NCBI RefSeq assembly: GCF_009914755.1
Contig: NC_060930.1
Strand: one strand, 5' to 3'
Length of the DNA: 64,000 nt
Source of the DNA: the human T2T-CHM13v2.0 reference genome, Homo sapiens
The position numbers and the translations under genes are program-made. The stretch's first letter is position 1; the number at the start of each line of letters is the position of its first letter. Below are positions 63,261 through 64,000 of the stretch, piece after piece. The notes beneath the pieces were generated by a model. It ran no database searches and was not told the origin of the DNA. It saw only the letters and a program-made list of their open reading frames with translations.

Positions 63261-64000
63261 TGCCTACGTTAGCTCCTTGGGCCTCTGGTGAAACGTAATG
63301 CACGAAATGTGGATCGGATCGTATGAAATCTCCCCCAACTTACACCCTGGGTTGAAGGCTGTGAAGCTTATGCAGAATGCTAGAGGAGGCATTAGGACAT
63401 GGGGTTTCTGGTTCTGCCACTGATTAACCTCAACTCTGGGCTGTCGCAGGCTTTCTCTGGGCTTCACTTTCCTCATGGGGGAAATGCCATCCTTAACAGA
63501 TCCCATGTCATATCCTCACTCTTAAGGACCTCTAAAGCTGATAAGAAGGTACTGTGAATCATAAACCTAGGTACTCTTTCTAGATATTGGCCTTGAAACA
63601 TCTCTTCCTTCACTGAAAAACTGCTTCTGAAAAAGGATGCCAGAAGCCACTTTTGGTCAAGAAAATGTCCACTTTTGTTCTCAGCACAGAGCAGGTACCC
63701 GGACTTTCCCTGTTCCCAAGTGCTGTAGACCAAAATAGCAGGGAACCAGGATGAAGTCAGCCAGAAACACGCTTTCTATAACTGCTCTTCACAGAAGAGA
63801 AAATCAACAAGCTAGTGTTTAAATAATGTGCAGGGTGTGATACCAACCGAACCTCCGCCCTCCTTCCTGGGGAAATGCAAAGTTTGCTGTGGCCTTTTCA
63901 CAAACCTCGGAGAGAATGAAATGTCAGCTCTAACACTGAATTTCCCAGCTTCATTCCACTTCCCTCACCACCTCACTATTACCTAAGATGACATTCTGTA

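Overview
Human non-coding genomic DNA; a near-consensus AluYa5 at 9193-9495 points to human. It reads like the interior of a large intron or an intergenic region. I recognise no protein-coding exon, RNA gene or CRISPR-like array. Much of the window is interspersed repeat: 15 Alus (most with readable target-site duplications), young 5'-truncated L1PA elements, ancient L1M relics, L2/MIR/L3, four LTRs and DNA-transposon fossils (Tigger, MER5, MER119). The long ORFs are L1 ORF2 fragments or chance frames in repeats. The most interesting structures are: (1) two inverted L1PA fragments about 4.3 kb apart that share non-consensus variants, suggesting gene conversion and an inversion substrate; (2) a 79-bp non-tandem duplication in apparently unique DNA (29887/31973); (3) a promoter/first-exon-like segment at 12.9-13.2 kb with strong splice signals on both strands; (4) a young, possibly polymorphic AluYa5; (5) a ~1.9-kb fold-back repeat cluster containing an internally deleted L1. 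I see no convincing new biological system. Repeat subfamily names come from memory of consensus sequences, and boundaries of old repeats are approximate.
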